A DNA stretch of 64,000 bases from Basidiobolus meristosporus CBS 931.73 (GCA_002104905.1 MCFE01000081.1:1-64000), one strand, 5' to 3'. Counted from the stretch's first letter, positions 11,643-22,930 are shown. Numbers and translations: made by a program. Notes: generated by a model not told the origin, from the letters alone.

Positions 11643-12015
11643 CGAAAAGAGAACTGGTGAAAACGAGTCATGGAGGGCTGTCCTCATTTAAACTAAACCC
11701 TAAGTCTAAGCTCATCTGAGTACCTCATTTGATCTCAAATCGACTGATCTTCAATTTGGGGATGGGCCAGGTTTAGTCAATGTGATTTAGCAACGCTGCT
11801 AGAGAGATGTGGTTTAGCAACCCTCCTAGCGAGAAGTGATCATATAGACATCGTATAGAATAGAGTATGTACATAGAGTTAGTATATCGTATAGAGTATG
11901 TACATGGAGTTAAATGCAAGCCAGATGGGCTTGGGCTGAGGGGTTAAGGGGTTTAAAGCAAAACTGAGCTGATCAGCAAAAACGGATTTCATGTACAGTG
12001 GCAGGCAAAATGGGG

Positions 12016-12990
12016 TTACGCTTGGGTATTGTGTACAGTGCTTTCTGCATTCAGGTTGAAATGCGATTTCGACCGGTGAACAGGCCCTCGGCTACGGCTC
12101 AGGGTGCGCTTACTCTTGTACGAGTCTTTTTGGGCTCTGCGGAGCAGACGAAGCACTTTCTCCAAGGACTTTGCCATGGAGACCGGTGGCGGGTGCTGTG
12201 GATTCAAGTGGCGACCGGGATAGATCTCTTTCATCAGGTCAAGTGACCATCGCTCATATTCAGCCACTGAAACAAAGAGTTGATGATGCGAGCGGTGTAG
12301 AAAGGCAAGCTCCACTCGGGTCACTTCTCTCAAATCCAAACTGGTGTAGCGGGCCCAATCAGAGTTGGTAGGGGCATGGTCCTGGTGGTACTTTGAGGCA
12401 GCCATCAGGGCCCCGATAAGTGCCTTTCGCACATGACCAGAACGGTCCCTAATGCCTGCAGTGGCCTTGGACGGGTCTCTGGATCCTGCTGGTTGACCAA
12501 GGCTTCTGTAGGCATCGATATGGGACATCTCCGCAGTTAGCAGAGGCTGCATCCGATATATATACAGCAGTGATATCATCACGGTAGAATAGAACACTCT
12601 AGATATTTTGATTGTCTCTCTTACGAAGGCTCTGAGGAGGAGTCGCTTGGTTCGGCCGAGTGCGGATTCCCGATACCAGACTTGCTCTACAACATACTCC
12701 ACAGCATCTAGGGAGGTGGAGAATAAGCCTTCAGCAGTAGGAAACGTTAATACAGAGTCAGACCACCTACCAACAAGGCAATCCACGAATTCACCGTGGT
12801 GTCTGCACGTGGAGATTACCTGGGACATGGAGGGCTTGTGTTTAAGGAAGCATGCAAATATCGATAGGAGCTGGTTAATCTTCAGGGTTAGGCAAGCGAG
12901 TAGGCTAGCCAGGGTGAGAGGTAGGTTTTTTTGGTCTTTAAGGATGGTTTGCGCCTGGTACACCAAGTTAGTATAGCTAAGGAAAGCCAT
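12016..12990 (-). CDS. Pho80/Pcl-family cyclin (start codon uncertain)
   Basis: Cyclin-box-like FVRETIKISRVFYSTVMISLLYIYR ... LIGALMAASKYHQDHAPTNSDWARYTSLDLREVTRVELAFL, matching the typical KYxxDxxxxNxxW pattern. Confidence 0.85.
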   Translation of the reverse strand: MAFLSYTNLVYQAQTILKDQKNLPLTLASLLACLTLKINQLLSIFACFLKHKPSMSQVISTCRHHGEFVDCLVGRWSDSVLTFPTAEGLFSTSLDAVEYVVEQVWYRESALGRTKRLLLRAFVRETIKISRVFYSTVMISLLYIYRMQPLLTAEMSHIDAYRSLGQPAGSRDPSKATAGIRDRSGHVRKALIGALMAASKYHQDHAPTNSDWARYTSLDLREVTRVELAFLHRSHHQLFVSVAEYERWSLDLMKEIYPGRHLNPQHPPPVSMAKSLEKVLRLLRRAQKDSYKSKRTLSRSRGPVHRSKSHFNLNAESTVHNTQA

Positions 12991-13432
12991 TACAAGGAAG
13001 CGCAGGGTTGCGCATATTTCAATCAACAGTCATTTAACTTGATTGATTTGACCAATTCAAGGGGTCACATGCCCGCATGTAGAGTTACGTTGGCCAGCGA
13101 CAGTTTCGCACACACGATAGAAAGATGCTTGTCTGCGCATTGCAAACACTTATCTCCACTTCTTGTTTAAAGTTAAGCTGGGTGTGAAGATGATACATGT
13201 TTCTGCGAATGTGAAAATCGGTTTCATCACCAGGAGCTATCACCAGTTGATTTGCCACAGCATGCCGTATATGTACTCCTAGTGCAAACCTCTTGAGAAG
13301 CGATGTTTCAAAGAGGTAGGGAGCGCGAGACATGGAAGTATTTAAGAGCGGAACGGTCTCCTGGTAGCATTGTCCCTTTCTAGCTCGGCATTCATCTCCT
13401 CTCTTCTCTTCTCTCTCTGCACTCATCCAAAC

Positions 13433-13894
13433 ATGAAATTCTCCTGCCTTGCCCTTGTTTCGGTCATTGCCCTCGGCAGTTGCGTTGACGCTGCTTCTCC
13501 GGTGGGTGGCAAAAGAGTGATCTACGGAAACAAGGAGTACAATTACCAAAGTGGCTACCGTGTTGGTAAGAAGCAGGGCGAGGAGGATGGCCTGGACATC
13601 GGAACGAAGGATGGCTTCGGAAAAGGGTTCGATGAAGGCGTCAAGGTTGGATTCAAGAAAGGAGAGAAGTGGGGACAAGCCAAAGGGAAAGCGATTGGTG
13701 AGAAGCTGGGCCGTGAGCGAGGCGCGAAGAAGGGGACCGAAGTAGGTTATCGCGAAGGGCATGCAGATGGGTTCAAGTCAGGATTTGATGCCGGCATTGA
13801 CAAGTCATACTGGAAAGGGTTCAGAGATGGCAAGAGAAGACACAAGGGGAAAACCAGCTACAAGTATATTGACAGCTATGCCAAAGCATATTAG
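13433..13894 (+). CDS. Secreted Gly-periodic (Gxxx)n protein, paralog A (153 aa)
   Basis: Signal peptide MKFSCLALVSVIALGSCVDA; 23 consecutive tetrads from GYRV to GFRD (one G replaced by S). Confidence 0.88.
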   Translation: MKFSCLALVSVIALGSCVDAASPVGGKRVIYGNKEYNYQSGYRVGKKQGEEDGLDIGTKDGFGKGFDEGVKVGFKKGEKWGQAKGKAIGEKLGRERGAKKGTEVGYREGHADGFKSGFDAGIDKSYWKGFRDGKRRHKGKTSYKYIDSYAKAY

Positions 13895-14377
13895 ATCAGG
13901 TTCAACGCCCCTTCCTTCCCTCCATGTTCTGCAATCATTACCTTCGTAATTTTCAATAAACCATCTTCATCTTGATTCTATTTGATTGTCCCAACGAGAG
14001 AATAGCCATAGTTGCCAATGCTGTGTTGCATGTTTTGGGTGTCGAAGACATTGATATGCTACGAGTGGCGAGGATATTCATGCCGCTGCTGCGTGTTGCA
14101 TGGTATGTTATGGGTGCTGAGAAACCAGGCTGGCGATCCCTAGCCATGGAAGCCTTGACGCTTTGTAACGTGACTCCAAATAGATTTCAAACCACGAGAC
14201 TTGAAACGATACGCTCCTTACATCGGAAATAAGCTGATCAGTAGGTGTGCTTCATATCTGTTTCAGGCACTTCAAACAGGAACATGGCCCATCGAATAAA
14301 TAAGCTCGCCGTCGCCAATCTCCATCTCGCCAGTCCACACTTGGTTCTCCACCCTTTTCATATCCTCCTCCGCCATC

Positions 14378-14830
14378 ATGAAATTCTCGACTGTCGCACT
14401 GATTTCAGTTGGTCTCCTTGCCTCAACCACCATGGCCGCTTCCCCATCAAAAGGTGACGGCTACGGGAAGAGCTACGACAAAGGAGTTCGTGATGGGCGC
14501 AAGGACGGAGTCGAGGAAGGCCGCCAGTCCGGCTTCGATGATGCATTCTGGAAGGGATACGAGCAGGGGCATCAGGTCGGCTACAAGAAAGGAGAAAAGG
14601 TGGGCTATGAAAACGGGTTCAAGGTAGGGTCTGCCGCTGGCCACCAGAAGGGATCCATCCACGGAACCAATGTGGGATTCCGCGAAGGCGATGGGGAAGG
14701 CTTCAAGACCGGTTTTGATGCTGGAATGGATCGTGGCTACTGGAGGGGCTACAGAGAGGGCCACGTCAAGGGCGAAATCGAGACCAAGGGCAAATACAGA
14801 AGGAACCTTGGCGGTGCTTACAAGTACTGA
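14378..14830 (+). CDS. Secreted Gly-periodic (Gxxx)n protein, paralog B (150 aa)
   Basis: Signal peptide MKFSTVALISVGLLASTTMA; 27 tetrads from GYGK to GEIE (one S and one A substitution). It shares the segment VG(Y/F)REG...GFK(S/T)GFDAG.D..YW.G.R.G with paralog A. Confidence 0.88.
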   Translation: MKFSTVALISVGLLASTTMAASPSKGDGYGKSYDKGVRDGRKDGVEEGRQSGFDDAFWKGYEQGHQVGYKKGEKVGYENGFKVGSAAGHQKGSIHGTNVGFREGDGEGFKTGFDAGMDRGYWRGYREGHVKGEIETKGKYRRNLGGAYKY

Positions 14831-15272
14831 ACATCGAATCATCTCCTGTCCTCAACCCCCTTCATCACTACATTTTCTGTTCAATAAACCTCGCTTATAC
14901 TTCCTCAAAAGAACAAATTGCCTGAGTTATGCAAGTCCAATCGCGAAGATCCGATATATCTCTGATCGAATTTTGTCCTTTTATGAATCCCGTCAATTCA
15001 CCGACTCTTATCCACACTACAAATCTTTACCCAGTCACAACACTAGGCGAGCCATTCTTTTTTTTTCCACCCTATTTCATAAAACTGACTACTCCACTTG
15101 CCATTCCGCTTCCCTTTTGCATCCGTTCACTTCGCTACCACACCCGCCACCTCCTTATCCCAGCTCCCTCCTAGAAAGCCCCTAGAACGTGCGTTTTTTT
15201 TCGGTGCTTGGCTTAGTGTGAACCCGCTAGATTTCGTAGACTTGCAAAGGTATGCTTGGTATTGTCAATACC

Positions 15273-15944
15273 ATGTCTCTGAAGGATCCCATATTTGCTG
15301 TTGATGTAGAGTGCATCGCCACTGGACGTGGCCATAATGATCGAGCTGTCTGCAGCGTGGCAGTGGTGGATCAGAACCTGGACATCGTTTTTGAGCGTCT
15401 GGTTAAGCCCTCCTTGAAGATTCACAACTATCTCACACCCATCACCGGCTTCAAGGAGGGTGATTTGGATAAGGGAGAGCCACTAGAGGTGGTTCTCCGG
15501 GACCTCTACAGCTTCCTTCCCACAAACTCCATCCTCATTGGGCAGGCCATCGATGGAGACATTTCCTGGCTGGAACTGAAGCAGGGGGTTCATTTCAAGG
15601 AGCGCGTGGATCTGGCTGAGGAGTTTGCTACAAGGCATCCGGTTTACGGAAGCATGATGTACTACTCCCTTGCGCATACCTCCAGGGTTCTGCTTGGATA
15701 CGAGTGCTTCGAGTCAGGTGGGTCACACAGCGCAGCGAATGACGCCAAAGCTTCCATGATGCTTTACAAAGAGTACATTATCCCCAAGAAAGCCAAATAC
15801 GCCAGACACATCCTATCCGTCGCCACGCGCCCATTGCCAAGCATTGCCAAGAGAATGAACTACCGTTGCGACGATGTTTGCATGGCCGCCTACATGCCCA
15901 AGTTCTGCTTCTGTGGGACAGCAAGCAAGCAATCGACCGCCTGA
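15273..15944 (+). CDS. DEDDh 3'-5' exonuclease (REX/RNase T-like)
   Basis: ExoI AVDVEC, ExoII GQAIDGDISWL, ExoIII HSAANDA; YLTPITG motif typical of REX proteins; Cys-rich C-terminal tail. Confidence 0.88.
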   Translation: MSLKDPIFAVDVECIATGRGHNDRAVCSVAVVDQNLDIVFERLVKPSLKIHNYLTPITGFKEGDLDKGEPLEVVLRDLYSFLPTNSILIGQAIDGDISWLELKQGVHFKERVDLAEEFATRHPVYGSMMYYSLAHTSRVLLGYECFESGGSHSAANDAKASMMLYKEYIIPKKAKYARHILSVATRPLPSIAKRMNYRCDDVCMAAYMPKFCFCGTASKQSTA

Positions 15945-16214
15945 CCTCGGACCCCTTCCAACCCCTCACTCACACCCCCTAATGCTTCACTCTTGACCCA
16001 TTACTCACCAAAAGCTATCCTTCGTTATTTATATCTAAATGTTATCCAACCCTCATTACTATTGTATATTTTTGGATGTTCGGCAGAGCAATGTGTGTTG
16101 TTCGTTTCTCATGTATGTGGCCGTTCCTTTCTCAAGGGTCTATGTTATTAGAATAAGAATCAATTCAAACCCCCCATCGGACAGATTATCTCAATCTTTA
16201 TTTCTCATTGGCAA

Positions 16215-17323
16215 TCAGGACGAGGTGAGACTGGTGAGGTCGGAGAAATCCATCGTAACATCATCCACCGACTTGTATGTGGCCAACATCGGGGTAACGC
16301 TGATGTAGCGCTGGTTTATGGCGAATGCATCCGAGTCCTCTGGCAGCTTAGCCGGGTCGTGCAACCACTTCAGGTCTGGTGCGAACTTGTAGACAACCTC
16401 TCCTTCGGCGTCCTTCACCGGCTCGAACAGCGAGCGATAGACATTCTGGTGCAACTTGGTCACCATGATGGGTCGCTCGGGCTCGTCGACCAGAGGGATA
16501 TTGATGTTGAATAGCTCCACTCCTTTGGGCCATCCGCGGTTCCATATGTGGGAAATCACTGACAGCGCCATGGAGCACGCATTTGCGACCTTCTCCTCAG
16601 TTATCGTGTCGCGGTTGAAATAGGCGAACGACAAGGCGATCGCTTTCTTCGAAGCCAAGCAGCCATCCAGTGCGGCTCCAATAGTACCCGAGGCTAGCGC
16701 GGATGCTCTGGAAGAATTGCGGCCGAAGTTAGGGCCAGATATCTATGGAAGCGCTGTTAACGCACGACTCTGCCGCTCTTTTGAGCTACACCACTTACCA
16801 CCAAGTCAAACTCTTCTTTGGCGAAGATGTGATGGAGGCCAATGTTGACGCACGTGGCAGGGGTGCCTGAGGGATTCCACAGGGTCAATACAGGGTGACC
16901 GAAACAAAGGGTGAGCTTCGAAACGTCCACCTACCGCTCAACAAGCACCAGGTTTTGGAGGAGTTCTCCCCCGAGGCCTTGACCTTCTCTACCTCGTTGG
17001 TATCCTGGTTGTAGTAAGTGCACCGGACCGAATCCTGTATGTAGAAGGCTTTGGAAACCCAGGACTTCTGCGAATCGGGGATGCAAACACTACCGAAGAA
17101 AGTCTGTTTAGAACGGGTGCCGCTACACGGGAAATCGCGCGGTCGGTTCGACAACGGGACTCTCGTCCAACTCGTCCCGCTTTGTGCTAGAAAAAACCTA
17201 CTAATACTCCCAACCGAGGGTGGCCTCCAGCGCCTTGACGAAAGGAAGCAGGAAGGGGCTTTCAGGACTGGGCGGGCCGTCGTCGTTGGTGATAAATACC
17301 CTGGGCTTAGGTGTGGTCAACAT
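16215..17323 (-). CDS. surE: SurE-like 5'-nucleotidase/acid phosphatase (4 exons, ~290 aa)
   Basis: Spliced product MLTTPKPRVFITNDDGPP...VCIPDSQKSWVSKA...GTPATCV...ISGPNFGRN...SGTIGAALDG...NINIP...ISVTP. GT-AG introns at 17090-17201, 16867-16934 and 16743-16798 all keep the frame. Confidence 0.93.
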
Positions 17324-17746
17324 GTGAGATATGGTAAGCTACGGAAGCGTACGATTGATTGATAAATCCTGGAAAGAGTCATTCTGATCTGGTATGTATA
17401 CTCACTGAACTGTACGTAATATCCGTGTGGTATAAGTGCGATTTAGTTGTCCTTCTCACACCTTAATCAGTTAACGGGTATATATTCAGGAACATCTGGC
17501 GGATCTACCTGGCCTTATGCAGGCCAAACCATGAGTCATCATCGCTCAACTTAATCAAGAAAGGGAAAGTTAAGCATAATAGGAAAAAAAGAAACATCCT
17601 TGCATTTCAGGCGAGCTTTTTTTTTCTACTGGACATTGATTCAAATATTGCCATCAGCCGGTGGTTTTCTTCGTTGACCTTTTCGGAAAACAATAGACCA
17701 ACGGAACTCATCAATCACCTGCCAAGTATCTCTTACCGAAGAAAGC

Positions 17747-20077
17747 ATGGCTTCCATAGAGCAAAAAATGGAGAACCTCGAAGTGAACGACAAGGCTCAG
17801 CAAAAGCCCAAGAGCACAGAGAAAAAGCAAAAGAAGGCCAAGGCTGCCAAGGGTGGTGAGACCGCATATCCTCTCGAAGTAAACATCTAGTCCAAGTTTT
17901 TCCCTTCTGTTTGTATTACTCGGACCCTCAGCATGCTGATGATACTCTTCCTCCCTCATCGCACAGATTTCCCCTGCTCCTGAATATTTGGAACACAGAA
18001 TCAAGATGTTTGAGCAGCTCAAGCAGGAATACGACGAGGAAGTCAAGAGTAAGTGATTTGTCGAAATTCGTCAGCCTCGTGTTCGTGTATTCACTCGGGT
18101 GTCCATCTAGACAAGCCACGTGAGCCTATTACCATCACTCTCGGCGATGGCAAAACCAAGGAGGGAACCTCTTGGGAAACCTCTCCCATGGACATTGCTA
18201 AGGGGATCAGCAAGTCCCTCTCCGAGCGCGTTGTTATCTCCAAGGTCGATGGTGTTCTTTGGGATCTTCTTCGCCCTCTCGAGAAGTCTTGCACTTTGGA
18301 GTTGATCGACTTCGAGAACGATGAGGGTAAGAGAGTCTTCTGGCACTCCAGCGCTCACATTCTCGGTGAGGCCTGTGAGCGTCACTACGGCTGCCACCTT
18401 TGCATCGGTCCCCCATTGGAGGACGGATTCTACTACGAAATGGGTGGTATGAACGATCGTGCTGTTTCTCAAGCGGATTATCCCAGCCTTGAGACCCTTG
18501 CCAAGAACATCGTCAAGGAGAAGCAACCATTCGAGCGTTTGGTGATCTCCAAGGAGAACCTCTTGGAGATGTTCAAGCACAACCCATACAAGATCCACAT
18601 CATCAAGGACAAGATTCCCGATGGCACCGCTACCACTGTCTACCGCTGCGGACCTCTCATTGATTTGTGCGTCGGTCCCCACGTTCCCCACACCGGTCGT
18701 ATCAAGTCCATGGCCGTCATGAAGAACTCTGCTTCCTACTTCCTTGGTGATGCCAACAACGACTCTCTTCAGCGTATCTACGGTATCTCCTTCCCTGATA
18801 ACAAGCAGATGACTGAATACAAGAAGTTCATCGAAGAGGCCGCCAAGAGAGATCACAGAAAGATTGGTAGAGAGCAGGAGCTCTTCTTCTTCCACGAGCT
18901 CAGCCCCGGTTCTTGCTTCTTCCTTCCTCACGGTACCCGCATTTACAACACTCTCATGGAATTCATCCGTGGTGAATACCGCAAGCGTGGTTACACCGAA
19001 GTGGTTACCCCTAACGTCTACAACATCAAATTGTGGGAACAGTCTGGTCACTGGCAAAACTACCAGGAGAACATGTTCTCTTTCGAGATTGAAAAGGAAA
19101 AGTTTGCCCTCAAGCCCATGAACTGCCCTGGTCACTGCCTCATGTTCGGTAACCGCGAACGTTCTTACCGTGAGCTCCCCATCCGTATGGCCGATTTCGG
19201 TGTGTTGCACAGAAACGAGTTCAGCGGTGCCCTCACCGGATTGACCAGAGTCAGAAGATTCCAGCAAGATGATGCCCACATCTTCTGTACCCAGGACCAA
19301 CTCGAGTCCGAGATGGACGCCACCTTGGACTTCCTTCAACACGTCTACGGAGTCTTCGGCTTCACCTTCTTCCTTCGTCTTTCCACCCGTCCCGAGAACT
19401 ACATTGGAGACATCGAGGTGTGGAACAACGCCGAGAAGAAGCTTGAGGACGCCCTCAACAAGTTCGGCAACCCCTGGGACATCAACCCTGGAGATGGTGC
19501 TTTCTACGGACCCAAGATCGATATCACCATTTCCGACGCTTTGGGCCGTAAGCATCAATGCGCCACTCTTCAATTGGATTTCCAACTCCCCGAGCGTTTC
19601 GAACTCCAATACCGTACTCCCCAAAGCGAGGATGCCGACAACGCCTTCAAACGTCCCGTCATCATCCATCGTGCCATGTTGGGCTCCGTTGAGCGTATGA
19701 TCGCCATTCTTACCGAGAGTTTCGCCGGTAAGTGGCCATTCTGGTTGTCCCCTCGTCAAGTGATGGTCATCCCAGTTACCGGGGTGTTCAACGAGTACGC
19801 CGAGAAGGTGCGTCAAGTCCTGCACAACGCCGGACTCTACGCCGAGGCCGATCTCAGTGACAACACATTGAACAAGAAGATCCGTAACGCCGAGCTTGCC
19901 CAGAACAACTTCATCTTCGTTGTTGGTGGAGAGGAAGAGTCCACACAGAGCGTCAACATTCGTAACCGTGACGACGCCGGCACCAAGGCCAAGGGACAAA
20001 CCATGCCATTGAGCGAGGTTGTGGAGAAGATGGTTAGACTCAAGGAATCCAGATCAATCCTCAACCAACTTGATTAG
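17747..20077 (+). CDS. THS1: Cytosolic threonyl-tRNA synthetase (3 exons)
   Basis: TGS domain, editing motif [57 protein letters not shown] and anticodon-binding domain. Introns 17879-17966 and 18049-18110. Confidence 0.98.
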
Positions 20078-20240
20078 GTTGCCACATTCAACCAACAATA
20101 AACCATTTAATCTTTCCATCCACTTAATTCCCATCAAGCCAATGGACCTTTGGGTTGGATGTACATATATGTACTGCATATTGGATTTTCACCACATGAA
20201 TCCCCATTGGTCATTGCCTTCCCCCGTGATTACATACACG

Positions 20241-20273
<33 letters not shown>
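20241..20273. repeat. Compound microsatellite (CA)10(TA)6
   Basis: Read directly from the sequence, between the convergent 3' ends of THS1 and CDO copy A. Confidence 0.95.
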
Positions 20274-20531
20274 CATGGACCGGATATGGTGTTGGCTTTG
20301 TCTCAGAGGTAATGTCTGACAAGGTTGGGTTTTAATGGCGGGAACAGAGAAACAAGGAAATATCAACAATAATATACTAAACAGGGAACAGCGGATGGCT
20401 GAACTGGGTTTCTGGCCTAGGAGGGGGAAGAAAGGCTCGTATGCGGCCACGAACGAACGGTCTAGAGACCGGTGGCAGATATGGTACTACGGGACAGGGG
20501 GAGGATCTCTCGGGAGCATGGGGGAGCGTAC

Positions 20532-21227
20532 TCAGGCAGAGGGGGTGACCATCGTGTTGGCGACCTCCCTGTGCCCGGCCAGATTCTTCCGAATGCCATG
20601 ATGGCTGACTCCTTCTCCGTTGATGGAGTAAAACACGCAGTTGCCTGACTTCCGGGCCACGCTGGTGTCTTCGCAGAACGTGTTGCAAACCTTGATGGGC
20701 GGTGTGTAGAGGTGAAGGGAGACCGCCTTCTTCACCGGGGAGTCGTTCGAGACCCGGTGAAGACCGATCGTATCCGAGATATAGGTGACCTCGTCCCGTT
20801 CGCAGACGCTTTTCTTGCGTAAGCTCATGGGCTTGGAGTTGTGGGAGTCTCGGTGGAGCTTGCTCTCGTCGAGCTCCTCCGGCCAGTGGTATTGGCTCTC
20901 GGTGAGCTTCCCGTCCAGCATCTTCACTATGCAATGGCTGCCTGCGTGATCATGGATGGGGCTTTGCTGGCCCTCACCCCAGCAGAGGACCAAGAGGTTG
21001 TATTGGCCATTGCCATTGTCGACCAGGTTTCTCGTGTACTTGTACTTATCAAAGTGGGCGTACCGCTGCCAGTCGGACGCATTCGACTGGTAGTTGCTCA
21101 TGATCTGCATCACCCGCTTGACGTCGACATCTTCCGAGTCGAGGCCCTCGTCGCCAAGCTCCTCGCGGATCACTTGGACCAGCTCTGACATGCTTTTGGG
21201 TACGGGAACGGGGTAGGTTGACAACAT
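20532..21227 (-). CDS. CDO1: Cysteine dioxygenase type I, copy A
   Basis: YTRNL, LCWGEGQQSPIHDHAGSHC (2 His ligands plus cross-link Cys), GLHRVSN (3rd His) and SLHLYTPP (Ser-His-Tyr triad). Confidence 0.96.
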   Translation of the reverse strand: MLSTYPVPVPKSMSELVQVIREELGDEGLDSEDVDVKRVMQIMSNYQSNASDWQRYAHFDKYKYTRNLVDNGNGQYNLLVLCWGEGQQSPIHDHAGSHCIVKMLDGKLTESQYHWPEELDESKLHRDSHNSKPMSLRKKSVCERDEVTYISDTIGLHRVSNDSPVKKAVSLHLYTPPIKVCNTFCEDTSVARKSGNCVFYSINGEGVSHHGIRKNLAGHREVANTMVTPSA

Positions 21228-21376
21228 CCTGACAGGTACACTTCGACTGGGATTCGAGTCGCCTCGTCCCGAGGCAGGCCCGCTTTATACCTGCGAAGGG
21301 TGTGGCTGTTTTGCTCTGGTCGCTATCCAGATGCCCTGATCATCTTCGAGTGTGAGTCATGGGGTGGCACACTCCC

Positions 21377-21408
21377 ATGACGCCATATAGCGTGATGCTC
21401 TCTATTGG
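21377..21408 (-). promoter_or_regulatory. Candidate bZIP-site + CCAAT module upstream of CDO copy A
   Basis: ATGACGCCATAT at 21377 and ATTGG at 21404. The same arrangement recurs at 22931/22957 upstream of copy B. Confidence 0.4.
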
Positions 21409-21911
21409 CCCCGAGGGCGAGGCGACGAAGTGATGCGCCGAACTGCACAATTCGTGGTACCATGGGATAGAATGCGAAGATACCGGTCATGAGCAAATCG
21501 CGGTTGGGTGCCACCTCGAAGGGGCATTCCGGTATACATTGGTTTCGCCCCGTCCAATCAACGAGAGCAGAGCGCCGCCTGCAAGGACTCGTGGGTTGCT
21601 ACCAATGTGCAGTGGTCAGCTGGGTGATACTGACCTGCGATTGGTATGAGCTCATATTGCGCAATAAGTGGGACTCCTCCCATTCGCCACCCCTACCCAT
21701 CAAGGATCTTGGGTGTTTGTTGTGAGCGATTCGGAATCTATTGGTCGCGGGCCAGCTAGTCAATTTTGGTAGTTACACGGAAGTGGGTTTCCCCAGGATG
21801 ACCATTCTTGCACCCATCAAGGACCCATCACATCACTCGACACGAAGCGATCCTCCAAAGATTACGTTTCCAAGATCAAGGTTTATTTCATGTATTCGAA
21901 GGGGTAACATG

Positions 21912-21927
21912 TATATATATATATATA
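21912..21927. repeat. (TA)8 microsatellite
   Basis: Read directly from the sequence. Confidence 0.9.
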
Positions 21928-22072
21928 GTCTTGTATTTATATGTATATAGAAGAAATGTACACATTTAGTTGGCCCATAGGGCGTTCAGTTGGGGTGGAT
22001 GTATAGGCGACAAAACACGCTCGGGACAAAGGTTAAATAAATCCATTGGTCGCATTGCTGGCTCACGACCGC

Positions 22073-22765
22073 TTAGGCGGTGGGCATGATCATCCGGCTC
22101 ATCCTTTCCTCCTCCTGGGTATTGCTTTCCGTGCACTTGTATTCGGGTCTGTGGCCGTGGATCGAATGGAAGACGCAGTTACCGGATTTCCTGGCCACGC
22201 TGGTGTCTTCGCAGAACGTGTTGCAGCTCTTGATGGGTGGTGTGTAGAGATGTAGGGAGATGGCCTTCTTCACCGGGGAATCATTCGAGACTCGGTGGAG
22301 GCCGATCTTGTCCGAGATATAGGTGACCTCGTCCCGTTCGTAGACGCTTTTCTGCAGTAAGCTCATCGGCTTGGAGTTGTGGGAGTCTCCGTGGAGCTTG
22401 CTCTCGTCGAAGTTCTCGGGCCAGTGGTACTGGCTCTCGGTGAGCTCTCCGTCGAGAATCTTCATCACACAGTGACTGCCGGCGTGGTCGTGGATGGGGC
22501 TCTGCTGGCCTTCACCCCAACAGAGGACCAGAAGGTTGAACTGGCCGTTGCCATCGTCGACCAGGTTTCTCGTGTACTTGTACTTGTCGAAGAGAGCGTA
22601 CCTCTGCCAGTCGGACGCATTCGACTGGTAGTTGCTCATGATCTGCATCACCCGCTTGACGTCTACGTTTTCCGAGTCGAGGCCGTCGTCGCCAAGCTCC
22701 TCGCGGATCACTTGGACCAACTCGGCCATGTTCTTGGGGACTGGAGTGGGGTCGGTGGACATCAT
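22073..22765 (-). CDS. CDO1: Cysteine dioxygenase type I, copy B
   Basis: Same catalytic motifs as copy A (IHDHAGSHC, GLHRVSN, SLHLYTPP); C-terminal ~25 aa unrelated to copy A. Confidence 0.96.
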   Translation of the reverse strand: MMSTDPTPVPKNMAELVQVIREELGDDGLDSENVDVKRVMQIMSNYQSNASDWQRYALFDKYKYTRNLVDDGNGQFNLLVLCWGEGQQSPIHDHAGSHCVMKILDGELTESQYHWPENFDESKLHGDSHNSKPMSLLQKSVYERDEVTYISDKIGLHRVSNDSPVKKAISLHLYTPPIKSCNTFCEDTSVARKSGNCVFHSIHGHRPEYKCTESNTQEEERMSRMIMPTA

Positions 22766-22930
22766 CTTTCGTGTAGGGGAAAAGGCGGGAAAGTATCGGT
22801 GGGAATCTGTCTGGTGGGTGGTCGAGGCAGGGGGGTTTTATAGGCGAGCGGGTAGTCCCCGATGGGTCATACCACCCGACGAATGACCCAATGCAATTTC
22901 CCATGCTTCCACTTGACGCACCAACATCCT

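Noticed and set aside
13433-14830. Calling the (Gxxx)n proteins Yae1/Lto1 or FliH orthologs
   Set aside because: Those proteins are intracellular with about ten repeats plus other domains. These have signal peptides, 23-27 repeats and little else, so only the motif is shared.
13085-15185. ORFs overlapping the (Gxxx)n genes (13085-13762, 14447-14842, 14670-15185)
   Set aside because: By-products of the periodic codon pattern and pyrimidine-rich flanks, with no independent motifs.
18107-19999. 630-aa antisense ORF opposite THS1 (tempting as a Rodin-Ohno sense/antisense synthetase pair)
   Set aside because: It is exactly codon-in-register with the sense frame, so it only requires absence of TTA/CTA/TCA codons, as expected in a highly biased housekeeping gene. 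It has no class I aaRS motifs (HIGH/KMSKS).
20377-22904. Overlapping alternative-frame and antisense ORFs over both CDO genes
   Set aside because: Shadow ORFs of GC-rich coding sequence; they recur only because the genes are paralogous.
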